This document shows positions 23,611-32,746 of a DNA stretch of 64,000 nt, in pieces; within the stretch, counting starts at the first letter, position 1; every line of letters begins with the position of its first letter. The translations under genes and the position numbers were made by a program. The notes under the pieces were generated by a model that worked only from the letters and a program-made list of their open reading frames with translations, had not been told where the DNA came from and did not search any database. Origin of the DNA: an uncultured delta proteobacterium (GTDB taxonomy: Bacteria > Myxococcota > Myxococcia > Myxococcales > Anaeromyxobacteraceae); NCBI GenBank assembly GCA_963845515.1, contig CAWJSR010000045.1, forward strand, positions 96,001 to 160,000, written 5' to 3'.

Positions 23611-25116
23611 ATGGCGCTCGAGCTGAAACAACACCTCCGGATGTCGCAGCAGCTGGTCATGACCCCCCAGCTGCAGCAGGCGATCAAGCTCCTCCAGCTC
23701 TCGAGGATGGAGCTGGTCGACCTCGTCCAGACGGAGATGACCGAGAACCCCCTCCTGGAGGCCCCGGAGGAGGGCGAGGAGGAGTCTGCCGCCCAGGCCG
23801 CCAGCCCCGCGGAGGCCGCCGAGATCGACTCCCAGCCGCTCCCCAAGGAGTCGGACCGCTCCGAGGAGGTCAAGGGCGAGGAGGGGGCCAACGAGATCGA
23901 CTGGGACCAGTACCTCGACCACTACCAGCTCCAGGGCCACACCGCCCCGTCCAACCGCGGCCTCCTGGACGAGGACCTCCCGGGCTACGAGGCGACGCTC
24001 TCCAAGAAGACCGATCTCGTCGACCACCTGGTCTGGCAGCTGCGGCTCTCCAACTTCACGCCGGAGGAGGAGCAGGTCGCGATGCTCGTCATCGGCAACC
24101 TCGACGACGCCGGCTACCTCAAGATGCCGGCGGTCGAAGGTGAGGCCGAGGACTCCGCGCCTCGCGATCCGCTCGTCCGCATCGCCTTCGAGGCGGCCGT
24201 GGGGATCGAGTTCGCCGAGTCGGTCCTGAAGAAGGTGCAGACCTTCGACCCGATCGGCATCGCCGCGCGCGACCTCCGCGAGTGCCTCATGCTCCAGGTC
24301 CGGTACATCAACGCCGACACCCCGGAGATCGTGGCGATCATCGAGCGCCACCTGAAGCACCTCGAGACCAAGAACTACCAGGCGATCGTCAAGGACCTGA
24401 AGATCCCGGTCGAGGAGGTGGTGAAGGCGGTCCGCGTCATCAGCCGCCTGGATCCCAAGCCGGGCCGCGCGTACACCGGCGAGGACGCGCAGTACATCAC
24501 GCCGGACGTCTACATCCACAAGATGGGCGACCGCTACGTGGTGGTGCTGAACGACGACGGCCTCTCCAAGCTGCGCATCTCGAACACCTACCGGCAGGCG
24601 CTCAAGACCGGCCAGGCGGGGCAGGCCAAGGAGTACATCCAGGACAAGCTCCGGTCCGCGGTCTGGCTCATCCGGTCGATCCACCAGCGGCAGCGGACCA
24701 TCTTCAAGGTCACCGAGTCGATCGTGAAGTTCCAGCGGGACTTCCTCGAGAAGGGGATCGCCCACCTGAAGCCGCTGATCCTCCGCGACGTCGCCGAGGA
24801 CATCGGGATGCACGAGTCCACCGTCTCGCGCGTGACGACCAACAAGTACGTCCACACCCCCCAGGGGATCTTCGAGCTCAAGTTCTTCTTCAACTCGGGG
24901 GTCGGCAAGACCGGCGGAGACGAGATCGCGAGCGAGGCGGTCAAGGACTACATGAAGAAGATCGTGGCCCAGGAGGATCCCAAGAAGCCGCTCTCCGACC
25001 AGCAGATCGTAGAGCAGCTCGCGAAGCAGGGGATCGAGATCGCCCGGCGGACAGTGGCCAAGTACCGCGAGGTACTGGGGGTTCTTCCCTCGTCCAAGCG
25101 CAAGAAGTACTTCTGA
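23611..25116 (+). CDS. rpoN: RNA polymerase sigma-54 factor
   Basis: MTPQLQQAIKLLQL, HESTVSR, ARRTVAKYRE (RpoN box). Confidence 0.98.
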   Translation: MALELKQHLRMSQQLVMTPQLQQAIKLLQLSRMELVDLVQTEMTENPLLEAPEEGEEESAAQAASPAEAAEIDSQPLPKESDRSEEVKGEEGANEIDWDQYLDHYQLQGHTAPSNRGLLDEDLPGYEATLSKKTDLVDHLVWQLRLSNFTPEEEQVAMLVIGNLDDAGYLKMPAVEGEAEDSAPRDPLVRIAFEAAVGIEFAESVLKKVQTFDPIGIAARDLRECLMLQVRYINADTPEIVAIIERHLKHLETKNYQAIVKDLKIPVEEVVKAVRVISRLDPKPGRAYTGEDAQYITPDVYIHKMGDRYVVVLNDDGLSKLRISNTYRQALKTGQAGQAKEYIQDKLRSAVWLIRSIHQRQRTIFKVTESIVKFQRDFLEKGIAHLKPLILRDVAEDIGMHESTVSRVTTNKYVHTPQGIFELKFFFNSGVGKTGGDEIASEAVKDYMKKIVAQEDPKKPLSDQQIVEQLAKQGIEIARRTVAKYREVLGVLPSSKRKKYF

Positions 25117-25364
25117 CGGTCGGGGCCTGCAGCCCCCCCTCCGCTGGCGGAGCCCGCAGTGGCCTCCCCCTCCGCAGCTCTTCGCTGGAGTCCCTCCCTC
25201 CGATTCTACGGGTTGTGGCGGGATCGCGGGGCGGCGGAGGGCTATAGTGAGAACCAAGCATGTTGCCCTCGGCGGCATCGAAGTCGGCCGCGGTCCCCCA
25301 GGGAGTCACTCCCCTGCAGGCCGCGGCCGATGCATTTTCAGCAGTCCTCGCAAGGAGGCGGTTC

Positions 25365-25913
25365 ATGCAGCTGAACATCACCTTCCGGCATCTCGAGCCC
25401 ACCGAAGCCCTCAAGAGCCACGTCCGTGGCCGCGTCGAGCACGTCCAGCGCTACATCGACAGGCCAACGGAGGCCCATGCGGTGCTCCATGTCGAGAACC
25501 TCCACCACCACGCGGAGATAACGATGAAGGCGGGGCGCTACCTGCTCCGCGGCACGGCGAAGTCGCAGGACATGTACGCGTCGATCGACGCCGCCGCCGA
25601 GAAGATCGAGCGGCAGCTCATGAAGCACCGGGAGCGGATCCAGGACCGCCGGACCGCCGCCCGCGAGTTCGAGCCCGTCGAGGTCCGCCACGACGTCCTC
25701 GACGTGCTCGACCAGTCGGGCAAGGCGAGCCACAAGGTCGTCAAGAGCGAGCAGTTCCAGGCGAGGCAGATGTCGGTGGACGAGGCGGTGGTGCAGCTCG
25801 AGCTGATGGACGCGAAGTTCTTCGTGTTCCAGAACGCGAAGGACGGCGCGGTCAACGTGGTCTTCAGGCGCGACGACGGCAACGTCGGCCTGATCGAGAC
25901 CAGGACGAGCTAG
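25365..25913 (+). CDS. hpf: Long ribosome hibernation promoting factor
   Basis: ITFRHLEPTEALK, DMYASID, MSVDEAVVQLEL..NVVFRRDDG. Confidence 0.92.
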   Translation: MQLNITFRHLEPTEALKSHVRGRVEHVQRYIDRPTEAHAVLHVENLHHHAEITMKAGRYLLRGTAKSQDMYASIDAAAEKIERQLMKHRERIQDRRTAAREFEPVEVRHDVLDVLDQSGKASHKVVKSEQFQARQMSVDEAVVQLELMDAKFFVFQNAKDGAVNVVFRRDDGNVGLIETRTS

Positions 25914-25928
25914 GCGCCCGCGATATCT

Positions 25929-25964
25929 CCCTCTCCCCCGTCCCTCCCTCGACGAGGGAGAGGG
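25929..25964. repeat. Palindromic repeat copy
   Basis: CCCTCTCCC...GGGAGAGGG. Confidence 0.6.
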
Positions 25965-26039
25965 TAGCGGCGCCGGGCGATGCCACCGCCGCTCCTTGCC
26001 GTCCCGACGGCACCCATGTAAGAACGACCGACAGGTGCC

Positions 26040-26498
26040 ATGAAGATCGTCGAGTTCCTCCGGCCGGACGCAGTCATCGCCACCCTCGGCGGAACGACGG
26101 CCCAGGCTGCGCTCGCCGAGCTCTGCCGCCCCCTCGGCGCGTCCTACAAGCTCGAGCCGCAGCGGCTGCTCGAGACCCTGCTCGACCGCGAGAAGCTCGG
26201 CTCCACGGGCATCGGCGAGGGCGTCGCCATCCCACACGGGAAGGTGGCGGGGCTGCCGGCGCTGATCGCGAGCTTCGGACGATCGCAGCAGGGGATCGAC
26301 TTCCGCGCCATCGACGGAAAGCCGACGCACCTCTTCTTCGCGCTGGTCGCGCCCGAGAACAGCGCTGGCGCGCACCTCAAGGCGCTCGCGCGCATCAGCC
26401 GGATCTTCAAGAACCCCTCCTTCCGGGAGGCGATCATGAAGGCGGCGGGCGCCGACGAGATCTTCCGGCTCATCGAGGCAGAGGACGGCCGGTACTAG
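26040..26498 (+). CDS. ptsN: PTS IIA-Ntr-like protein
   Basis: REKLGSTGIGEGVAIPH, HLKALARISR. Confidence 0.92.
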   Translation: MKIVEFLRPDAVIATLGGTTAQAALAELCRPLGASYKLEPQRLLETLLDREKLGSTGIGEGVAIPHGKVAGLPALIASFGRSQQGIDFRAIDGKPTHLFFALVAPENSAGAHLKALARISRIFKNPSFREAIMKAAGADEIFRLIEAEDGRY

Positions 26499-26525
26499 GT
26501 CCACGAAGGTGAAGGAGATCGTGCC

Positions 26526-26750
26526 TTGAAAGACGTGGTGCGAATCGACTGCTCCGGGATGCGGTGTCCGCAGCCCGTCCTCAAGCTCGCGGTGGAGACC
26601 GCGGACACGCCGGTCGGCACCATCGTGGAGATCCTCGGCGACTGCCCGACCTTCGAGAAGGACATCCGCACCTTCTGCGATCGGCGGCGCAAGACCCTCC
26701 TCTCGGTCCGCCCTGACGGGGCGAAGACGGTAATCCAGATACAGTATTGA
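26526..26750 (+). CDS. TusA/SirA-family sulfur carrier
   Basis: IDCSGMRCPQPVL; D..TFEKDI. Confidence 0.85.
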   Translation: MKDVVRIDCSGMRCPQPVLKLAVETADTPVGTIVEILGDCPTFEKDIRTFCDRRRKTLLSVRPDGAKTVIQIQY

Positions 26751-26754
26751 GCGT

Positions 26755-28302
26755 TTGAGCGAACGGTCCACGAGCAGGGGGGAAGGCGCCGGCGAACGCG
26801 TCGGGCTATTCCTCTGCCGCTGCGGCGAGAACCTCGGCCGGATCGTCGGCGTGGACGAGCTCTCCGCGCCGTCGCGCTGGCCTGGGGCCGCCTTCGTGGG
26901 CGTCCACGGGCTCCTCTGCGCGCCGGAGGGGGTGGCCTGGCTCCGCGAGCGGATCCGCGAGCAGGGGCTGGATCGCGCCGTGATCGGCGCGTGCTCCCCG
27001 CGAGAGCACGAGGCCACGTTCCGCCGGGCCGCCGCCGACGCCGGGATCTCGCCGTGGCTCGTCCAGCTAGTGAACCTGAGAGAGCAGGTCGAGTGGGTGG
27101 GTGGCGATCCTGCGGCGGCGACGGCGCGAGCGGAGCGGCTCGTTCGGGCAGGGCTCGCACGCGTGCTGCTCCACCGCGACCTGCCGCGGCGCGAGGTCGA
27201 GGCGTCCCCGGACGTCGTGGTGATCGGCGCGGGGGCGGCTGGCCTCTCCGCGGCGCGCTCGCTCGCCGGACGCGGGCGGCGGGTCGCGCTCGTCGAGCGC
27301 AGCTTCGCGCTCGGCGGGTTTGCGGCCCGGACCGGCGCGCCCCTCCCCGACGGCGCGTGCGGTAGCTGCGTCGTCTCCCCCGTGATCGACGAGCTCCTCC
27401 ACCACCCGGCCGTCGACGTCCTGATGGGGGCGGAGGTCACCGCAGTGCGCGGCTCCTTCGGCCGCTTCGACGTCGAGGTGAGGCGCAGGGCGCGCTTCGT
27501 GGACCCGGAGCGCTGCCTCGGCTGCCCCGCCTGCGTGGAGGCCTGCCCCGTCGAGCGGCCGGACGCGGGCGAGGGTGGCGCCGCTCTCCGGCGCGCCATC
27601 AGCCTGCCCTGGGAGGGCTGCCTCCCGCACGTCCCCGCGATCGATCCGGAGCGGTGCACCGCCCTGCAGGGCGGCGCCTGCCGCGCCTGCGCCGACGCGT
27701 GCGCCGTGGACGCCGTTCGGCTCGACGAGGCGGCCCGGGTCCAGGTGCTCCTCGTGGGGGCCATCGTCGTAGCCACCGGGTCGATCCCGGAACCCGCCCC
27801 GGGGCCGCCACGGGAGCGCCCCGCCGAGGGGAGCGGCGCGCTCGCGGGGATGCTCCGAATCGGCGTGGCGGACGACGGGTTCCTGGACGACGCCGGGCCG
27901 AGCTACTTCGAGCCCACGGCCACGCGCGCGCCCGGCGTCTTCGTCGCCGGCGCGGCCGCGGGGCCGCGCAGCCTGCGCGCCGCCATCCGCGACGGTGTGG
28001 CCGTGGCCGGCCGGATCCTCTCCGAGCTGCAGCCCGGCGTGAAGCTGCTCGTCGAGCCGCTCGCGGCAGAGGTCGACGGCCTGCGCTGCTGCGGCTGCGG
28101 CGCCTGCGTCACGAGCTGCGCCTTCGGGGCCGTCCGGCGCGATCCCCAGACCGGCAAGGCGCTGGTGGAGCCGCTCCACTGCCGCGCGTGCGGGAGCTGC
28201 GCGGCCGGCTGCCCCACCGGGGCGATGCGCGCTCCCCACTACACCCGGGAGCAGCTCGCCGCCGAGATCACCGCCCTCCTCGCGCAGGAGGGCCGCCCGT
28301 GA
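26755..28302 (+). CDS. HdrA-like FAD/Fe-S protein (internally shortened)
   Basis: VGLFLCRCG.N, CSPREHE.TFR, VIGAGAAG, ferredoxin CxxCxxC motifs, GVFVAG..AGPR. Confidence 0.85.
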   Translation: MSERSTSRGEGAGERVGLFLCRCGENLGRIVGVDELSAPSRWPGAAFVGVHGLLCAPEGVAWLRERIREQGLDRAVIGACSPREHEATFRRAAADAGISPWLVQLVNLREQVEWVGGDPAAATARAERLVRAGLARVLLHRDLPRREVEASPDVVVIGAGAAGLSAARSLAGRGRRVALVERSFALGGFAARTGAPLPDGACGSCVVSPVIDELLHHPAVDVLMGAEVTAVRGSFGRFDVEVRRRARFVDPERCLGCPACVEACPVERPDAGEGGAALRRAISLPWEGCLPHVPAIDPERCTALQGGACRACADACAVDAVRLDEAARVQVLLVGAIVVATGSIPEPAPGPPRERPAEGSGALAGMLRIGVADDGFLDDAGPSYFEPTATRAPGVFVAGAAAGPRSLRAAIRDGVAVAGRILSELQPGVKLLVEPLAAEVDGLRCCGCGACVTSCAFGAVRRDPQTGKALVEPLHCRACGSCAAGCPTGAMRAPHYTREQLAAEITALLAQEGRP

Positions 28303-29756
28303 GCGCCGGCGAGCCACGGATCGTCGCGTTCCTGTGCGAGGCGTGCGCGTACGCCGCCGCCGACGACGCAGGGCGCGGCAGGCACGAGCACCCCCACTCG
28401 CCGCTCGCGATCAGGGTCGTGTGCACGAGCCGGGTCGAGCCGTCGCTGGTCGTCCAGGCGCTCCGCGAAGGGGCCGACGGCGTGCTCGTCGGCGGCTGCC
28501 ATCCGGGCGACTGCAAGTTCGTGGACGGGAACCTCCGGGCGGCCGCGCGCATGACCCTGCTCGGCCGCGCGCTCGCGCAGGCGGGCCACGCGCCAGAGCG
28601 GGTCCGGGTGGAGTGGATCGGGGCGAACGAGGGGGAGAGGTTCGCGCGAGTGGTCCGCGAGCTCTCGGAGACGCTCCGGTCGCTCCCGCCCCTGGAGAAG
28701 GAGAGCTCGCCCCCTCACCCTGCCCTCTCCCCCGGTGGGGGAGAGGGGACGATTCCGTGGAGGGGCTTCTCCCACGGTGGGGGAGAGGGGAGAGACCCGG
28801 GCGGCCGGCCCCGGATCGCCTTCTACTGGAACGCCTCCTGCGGCGGCTGCGAGGAGGCCGTCATCGATCTCGGCGAGGGGCTCCCCCGGCTGATGCAGCG
28901 GGCGGAGGTGGTCCTCTGGCCGGCCGCCATCGACGCCAAGCGTGCGGACGTCGAGGCGCTGCCGGATGGCTCCATCGACGTGGCGTTCGTGAACGGGGCG
29001 GTCCGCCTCGACGAGCAGGCGGAGTGGGCGCACCTGCTGCGGCGAAAGTCGCGGCGGCTGGTCGCCTTCGGCGCCTGCGCGCAGCTCGGCGGCATCGTCG
29101 GGCTCGGCGACCTCGACGGCCCCGAGGCGATCCTGGAGGCGGCGTACGGCCACGGCGTGGCGTCGGTCTCAAACCCCGGTGCGCCCGGGGCCGCCGCGAG
29201 TGGCGACGCCATCCCGCTCCCGACGCTGCTCCCCCGCACGCTTCCGCTCGACCGCGTCGTCCCGGTCGACGCCGTCATCCCCGGCTGCCCGCCCTCGCCG
29301 ACGATAGTCGAGCGGGCGATCGCCGCGCTCCTCTCGGACTCCCCGCCGGGCGGGGGGATGGTCCTCGCCCCCGACGCATCGCTCTGCGAGACGTGCCCGC
29401 TGCGGGACAGCCGCCCGGAGCGGCCGGAGCTTCGCGCGCTGCGCCGGCTCGCGACCGAGGTGCCCGAGCCCGGGCGGTGCTTCCTCGCGCAGGGGATCTC
29501 CTGCTCCGGTCCGGCGACCCGGCAAGGATGCCAGCCGGGCTGCGTGGAGGTGGGGATGCCATGCCGCGGCTGCTTCGGCCCCGTCTCCGGCGCCGGTGAC
29601 GAAGGTGCGGCCACCCTGGCGACGTTCGGCTCGCTCCTGTGCGGAGCCGCCGGTGAGCGCGAGGCGCTGGCCGCGGCCCTGCCGGACCCGGCCGGCACCT
29701 TCTGGCGCTACGGCTGGGCGGCCGGGATGCCCGCGCGCCCGAAGCGGGGTGGCTAG
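28299..29756 (+). CDS. MvhD-MvhG fusion (hydrogenase Fe-S subunit delta plus small subunit)
   Basis: FLCEACAY..IRVVCTSRV..GADGV..GCHPGDC (MvhD), then ASCGGCEE, FGACA, PGCPP, PCRGCFGP (MvhG) in one frame. Confidence 0.88.
   Translation: MSAGEPRIVAFLCEACAYAAADDAGRGRHEHPHSPLAIRVVCTSRVEPSLVVQALREGADGVLVGGCHPGDCKFVDGNLRAAARMTLLGRALAQAGHAPERVRVEWIGANEGERFARVVRELSETLRSLPPLEKESSPPHPALSPGGGEGTIPWRGFSHGGGEGRDPGGRPRIAFYWNASCGGCEEAVIDLGEGLPRLMQRAEVVLWPAAIDAKRADVEALPDGSIDVAFVNGAVRLDEQAEWAHLLRRKSRRLVAFGACAQLGGIVGLGDLDGPEAILEAAYGHGVASVSNPGAPGAAASGDAIPLPTLLPRTLPLDRVVPVDAVIPGCPPSPTIVERAIAALLSDSPPGGGMVLAPDASLCETCPLRDSRPERPELRALRRLATEVPEPGRCFLAQGISCSGPATRQGCQPGCVEVGMPCRGCFGPVSGAGDEGAATLATFGSLLCGAAGEREALAAALPDPAGTFWRYGWAAGMPARPKRGG
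28710..28790. repeat. Tandem palindromic repeats forming the MvhD/MvhG linker
   Basis: CCCCCTCACCCTGCCCTCTCCCCCGGTGGGGGAGAGGGG followed by CTTCTCCCACGGTGGGGGAGAGGGG. Confidence 0.8.
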
Positions 29757-29757
29757 G

Positions 29758-31302
29758 ATGACGCGCCGGATCGTCATCGACCCGATCACCCGGCTCGAGG
29801 GGCACGGGAAGATCGAGATCCTCCTGGACGAGCAGGGGAACGCGACGACGGCGCGGCTCCAGGTCCCGGAGCTTCGAGGCTTCGAGCGCTTCTGCGTCGG
29901 GCGTCCGGTGGAGGAGCTCCCCCGCCTGACCTCGCACGTCTGCGGGGTCTGCCCGGCAGCGCACCACCTCGCGTCGGTGCGCGCGCTCGATGCGCTCTAC
30001 GGCGCCACCCCGCCGCCCGCCGCGCTCGCCGCGCAGGCGCTCTACTACAACCTCTTCCTCTTCGAGGACCACCTCCTCCACTACTGGTACCTGGGCGGCC
30101 CGGACCTGCTGGTCGGGCCCACCGCCCCGGCGCCGATGCGGAACGTGCTGGGCGTCGTCGCGAAGGTGGGGGCCGAGCTCGGCGGCCGGATCATGGCGGT
30201 CCGCAAGGAGGCGAGGGAGATCATGGGCGCGCTCTCGGGCCGCGCGGGCCATCCGGTCTTCGCGCTCCCGGGCGGCAACTCGCGGCCGGTGCCCGCCGAG
30301 CTGATCGCGCGCGCGCGTGCGGCGGCCCCGCGGCTCGTCGCCTTCGCCGAGGAGTCGCTCGCAAGCTTCCGGCGCGCGGTCCTCGAGTCGCCGGACTGGA
30401 TGGCGATCGTGGAGAGCGAGCCCTTCCGCGCCCGCACCCACTCGATGGGGATGGTGGACGCCGAGGGGAGGCTCGCCTTCCTCGACGGGACGCTCCGGGT
30501 GATCGATCCGGCCGGCGAGCCCGTCGCGGCGTTCGCGCCGCGCGACTGGCTGGAGCACCTCGCCGAGCGCGTGGAGCCCTGGAGCTACGCCAAGTTCACG
30601 TTCCTCAAGGCGCGGGGCTGGCGCGGCTTCGAGGAGGGGGCGGAGAGCGGGCTCTACCGCGTGGGGCCGCTCGCGCGCCTGAACGTCGCGAAGGCGATGG
30701 CGACCCCCCGGGCGGAGGCGGAGCGCCAGCTCCTCTTCGACCGGCTCGGGTGGCCGGCCCACCAGACCCTCGCGTTCCACTGGGCGCGCCTGGTCGAGGC
30801 GCTGCAGGCCGCGGAGACCGTCGAGGAGCTCGCGTTCGACCCGGCGCTCGCCGGCACGGAGGTGCGCGCGCCGCCGGCGCCGCTCGCCGGTCCGCGGGAG
30901 GGGGTGGGGGCGGTGGAGGCGCCGCGCGGGACGCTCATTCACCACTACGCCGCGGACGCCGCGGGGATGGCGACGCGGGTGAACCTCGTCGTCGCGTCGC
31001 AGCACAACGGCGCGGCGGTCCAGATCTCCATCGCCAAGGCGGCGCGGTCGCTCATCCGCGGGGGCGTGGTAGACGAGGGTGTCCTCAACCGGCTGGAGAT
31101 GGCCTTCCGGGCGTACGATCCCTGCAACGCCTGCGCGTCCCACGCGCTCCCCGGCGAGCTCCCGCTCGTGGTGACGGTGAGGGACGCGCGCGGAGCGGTC
31201 GTCGACGTGGTGCGGCGGCGAGTGGACTACCCTCTCCCCCTGCCGGATGTGCTCCCTCTCCCCCGCCCCCGCGGGGGAGAGGGCAGGGGTGAGGGGGAGT
31301 GA
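29758..31302 (+). CDS. mvhA: [NiFe] hydrogenase large subunit, MvhA-like (group 3c-like)
   Basis: TRLEGHG, RGFERFC.GR..EELPR..CGVC, EAPRGTLIHHY, RAYDPCNACASH. Confidence 0.9.
   Translation: MTRRIVIDPITRLEGHGKIEILLDEQGNATTARLQVPELRGFERFCVGRPVEELPRLTSHVCGVCPAAHHLASVRALDALYGATPPPAALAAQALYYNLFLFEDHLLHYWYLGGPDLLVGPTAPAPMRNVLGVVAKVGAELGGRIMAVRKEAREIMGALSGRAGHPVFALPGGNSRPVPAELIARARAAAPRLVAFAEESLASFRRAVLESPDWMAIVESEPFRARTHSMGMVDAEGRLAFLDGTLRVIDPAGEPVAAFAPRDWLEHLAERVEPWSYAKFTFLKARGWRGFEEGAESGLYRVGPLARLNVAKAMATPRAEAERQLLFDRLGWPAHQTLAFHWARLVEALQAAETVEELAFDPALAGTEVRAPPAPLAGPREGVGAVEAPRGTLIHHYAADAAGMATRVNLVVASQHNGAAVQISIAKAARSLIRGGVVDEGVLNRLEMAFRAYDPCNACASHALPGELPLVVTVRDARGAVVDVVRRRVDYPLPLPDVLPLPRPRGGEGRGEGE
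31230..31297. repeat. Palindromic repeat inside the 3' end of mvhA
   Basis: CCCTCTCCCCCGCCCCCGCGGGGGAGAGGGCAGGGGTGAGGGG, near the reverse complement of 14511-14551. Confidence 0.8.
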
Positions 31303-31764
31303 TCCCGATCCTGGTCCTCTGCCTCGGCAACCCCCTCCGCAGCGACGACGCGGTCGCGCTCCACGTCGCCGATGCGCTCGAGCGGCTCCGCCTGCCCGGC
31401 GTCGAGATCCGCCGGAGCGCCCGCTCCGGCCTCTACCTGCTCGACGACATGGAGGGGTTCGACCGGGTCATCGTGGTCGACGCGATCAAGACGGCCGGAG
31501 GCGTGCCCGGGACCATCCACTCGCTCCCGCTGGAGGCGATCCACTCGCCGGGTGGGCCGTCGCCGCACGCGATCGGGCTGCCGAGCGCGATCGCCGCCGC
31601 GCGCGCGGCGGGGGCGCCGGTGCCCTCGCACCTCCACGTCGTCGCGGTGGAGGTCGCGCGAGCTGGAGGAGATCGGCGAGGGGCTGACGCCCGCGGTGGA
31701 GGGCGCGATCCCGCTGGCGGTCGAGGCGGTCAGGGAAGCGGTGGAGTCGCTCTACGCGCTCTGA
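31299..31764 (+). CDS. Hydrogenase maturation protease (frameshift near 31658)
   Basis: LCLGNPLRSDDAV, VIVVDAI, SPHAIGL; C-terminus GEGLTPAVEGAIP in a shifted frame. Confidence 0.85.
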
Positions 31765-31814
31765 TTCGACCGCCGACGCAACACCCCGCACGCTCCGGCC
31801 GCGGGGCGTCGGCG

Positions 31815-32219
31815 TCACGGCACCTTGTGCGGACGGGAGATCTGCTGCACGCGCTGGTGCGACACGCCGAGCAGCTCCGCCGCGTCCCGCACCGAGAGGC
31901 CGACGCGCCTCGTCAGCTCGCGCGCCGCCGCGTCCGTCGTCTGCACCGCCTCCGCCTGCGCTTTCTCGATCCTCGCTCGCGCCGCGGTCGCCTTCATCAC
32001 CAACTCGGTCGAGGTCGGTGGTAGCCGGACGTCGTCCACCAGGTCCGCCTTCATGGCCGCCTTCTCGTCGATGAACAGCGCCAGCGCCTCCCGGATCCGT
32101 CGCCGTCCCTCCACCAGGCTCCTCCCCTGCGTCAGGCACCCCGGCACGGCGGGCACCGTCACCACCCACCAACCCGACTCCGCGTCCTTCTCGAACCGCA
32201 CCACGTAGCTCTTCTTCAT
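31815..32219 (-). CDS. hicB: HicB-family antitoxin with C-terminal HTH
   Basis: VTVPAVPGCLTQGRS; LSVRDAAELLGVSHQRVQQ. Confidence 0.88.
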   Translation of the reverse strand: MKKSYVVRFEKDAESGWWVVTVPAVPGCLTQGRSLVEGRRRIREALALFIDEKAAMKADLVDDVRLPPTSTELVMKATAARARIEKAQAEAVQTTDAAARELTRRVGLSVRDAAELLGVSHQRVQQISRPHKVP

Positions 32220-32228
32220 CGCGTCCTC

Positions 32229-32450
32229 CTACCTCCCCTCGCTGAGGATCTTCTTCAGCCAGCCCCTGCCGAGGCACGGCTCCAGGCTGGCCTCGATCGC
32301 GTGGAGTGTCCCGGTCTTGAGCTCCTCGCCCTTGTGATTCGGGACGGTCGTGTTGCACGCGCCGAGACTGAACCGGATGTGCGAGCCCTTCCCGGGGCGC
32401 TCCACCGCGCCAAGTTGCCTGAGGATCCGAATCAGGTCGCGCGACTTCAT
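32229..32450 (-). CDS. hicA: HicA-family toxin
   Basis: GKGSH, TTVPNH, ELKTGTL..I; 73 aa, upstream of hicB. Confidence 0.88.
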   Translation of the reverse strand: MKSRDLIRILRQLGAVERPGKGSHIRFSLGACNTTVPNHKGEELKTGTLHAIEASLEPCLGRGWLKKILSEGR

Positions 32451-32456
32451 GATCAG

Positions 32457-32500
32457 AATCTACCCAGACCCGTCGCGCCTGTCAACCAGGTTGACGGAGG
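32457..32500 (-). promoter_or_regulatory. hicAB sigma70 promoter with overlapping palindromic operator
   Basis: Minus strand TTGACA-17nt-TAGATT, 6 nt before the ATG; GTCAACC-A-GGTTGAC palindrome at 32481-32495. Confidence 0.8.
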
Positions 32501-32534
32501 TGTCCGCTACCTCTTCCTCGTGGGGGAGAGGGAT

Positions 32535-32578
32535 GAGCGGCTCACGCCCGCCGTGGAGGGCGCGAGCCCGCTGGCCGT
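32535..32578 (+). repeat. Diverged duplicate of the maturation-protease 3' segment (31678-31721)
   Basis: 39/44 nt identical by manual alignment. Confidence 0.85.
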
Positions 32579-32746
32579 GAACGCAGTGCGAGCAACTGCA
32601 ACACGATTCGAGAGACGTCCGTAGGACCTGAATCCGACGAGGTGCGCGTTGCGGGCATCGAAGGGGCCCCCCTCCCGCGAAGGGCAAGGGCGGGAAGAAG
32701 AAGTAGCCGGCCACCGCGCCCCTTCGACCGACGCGGGCTTCAGGGG

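Noticed and set aside
26755..31302. Selenocysteine recoding in Hdr/Mvh subunits
   Set aside because: The relevant ligand positions are Cys codons and there are no in-frame TGA codons
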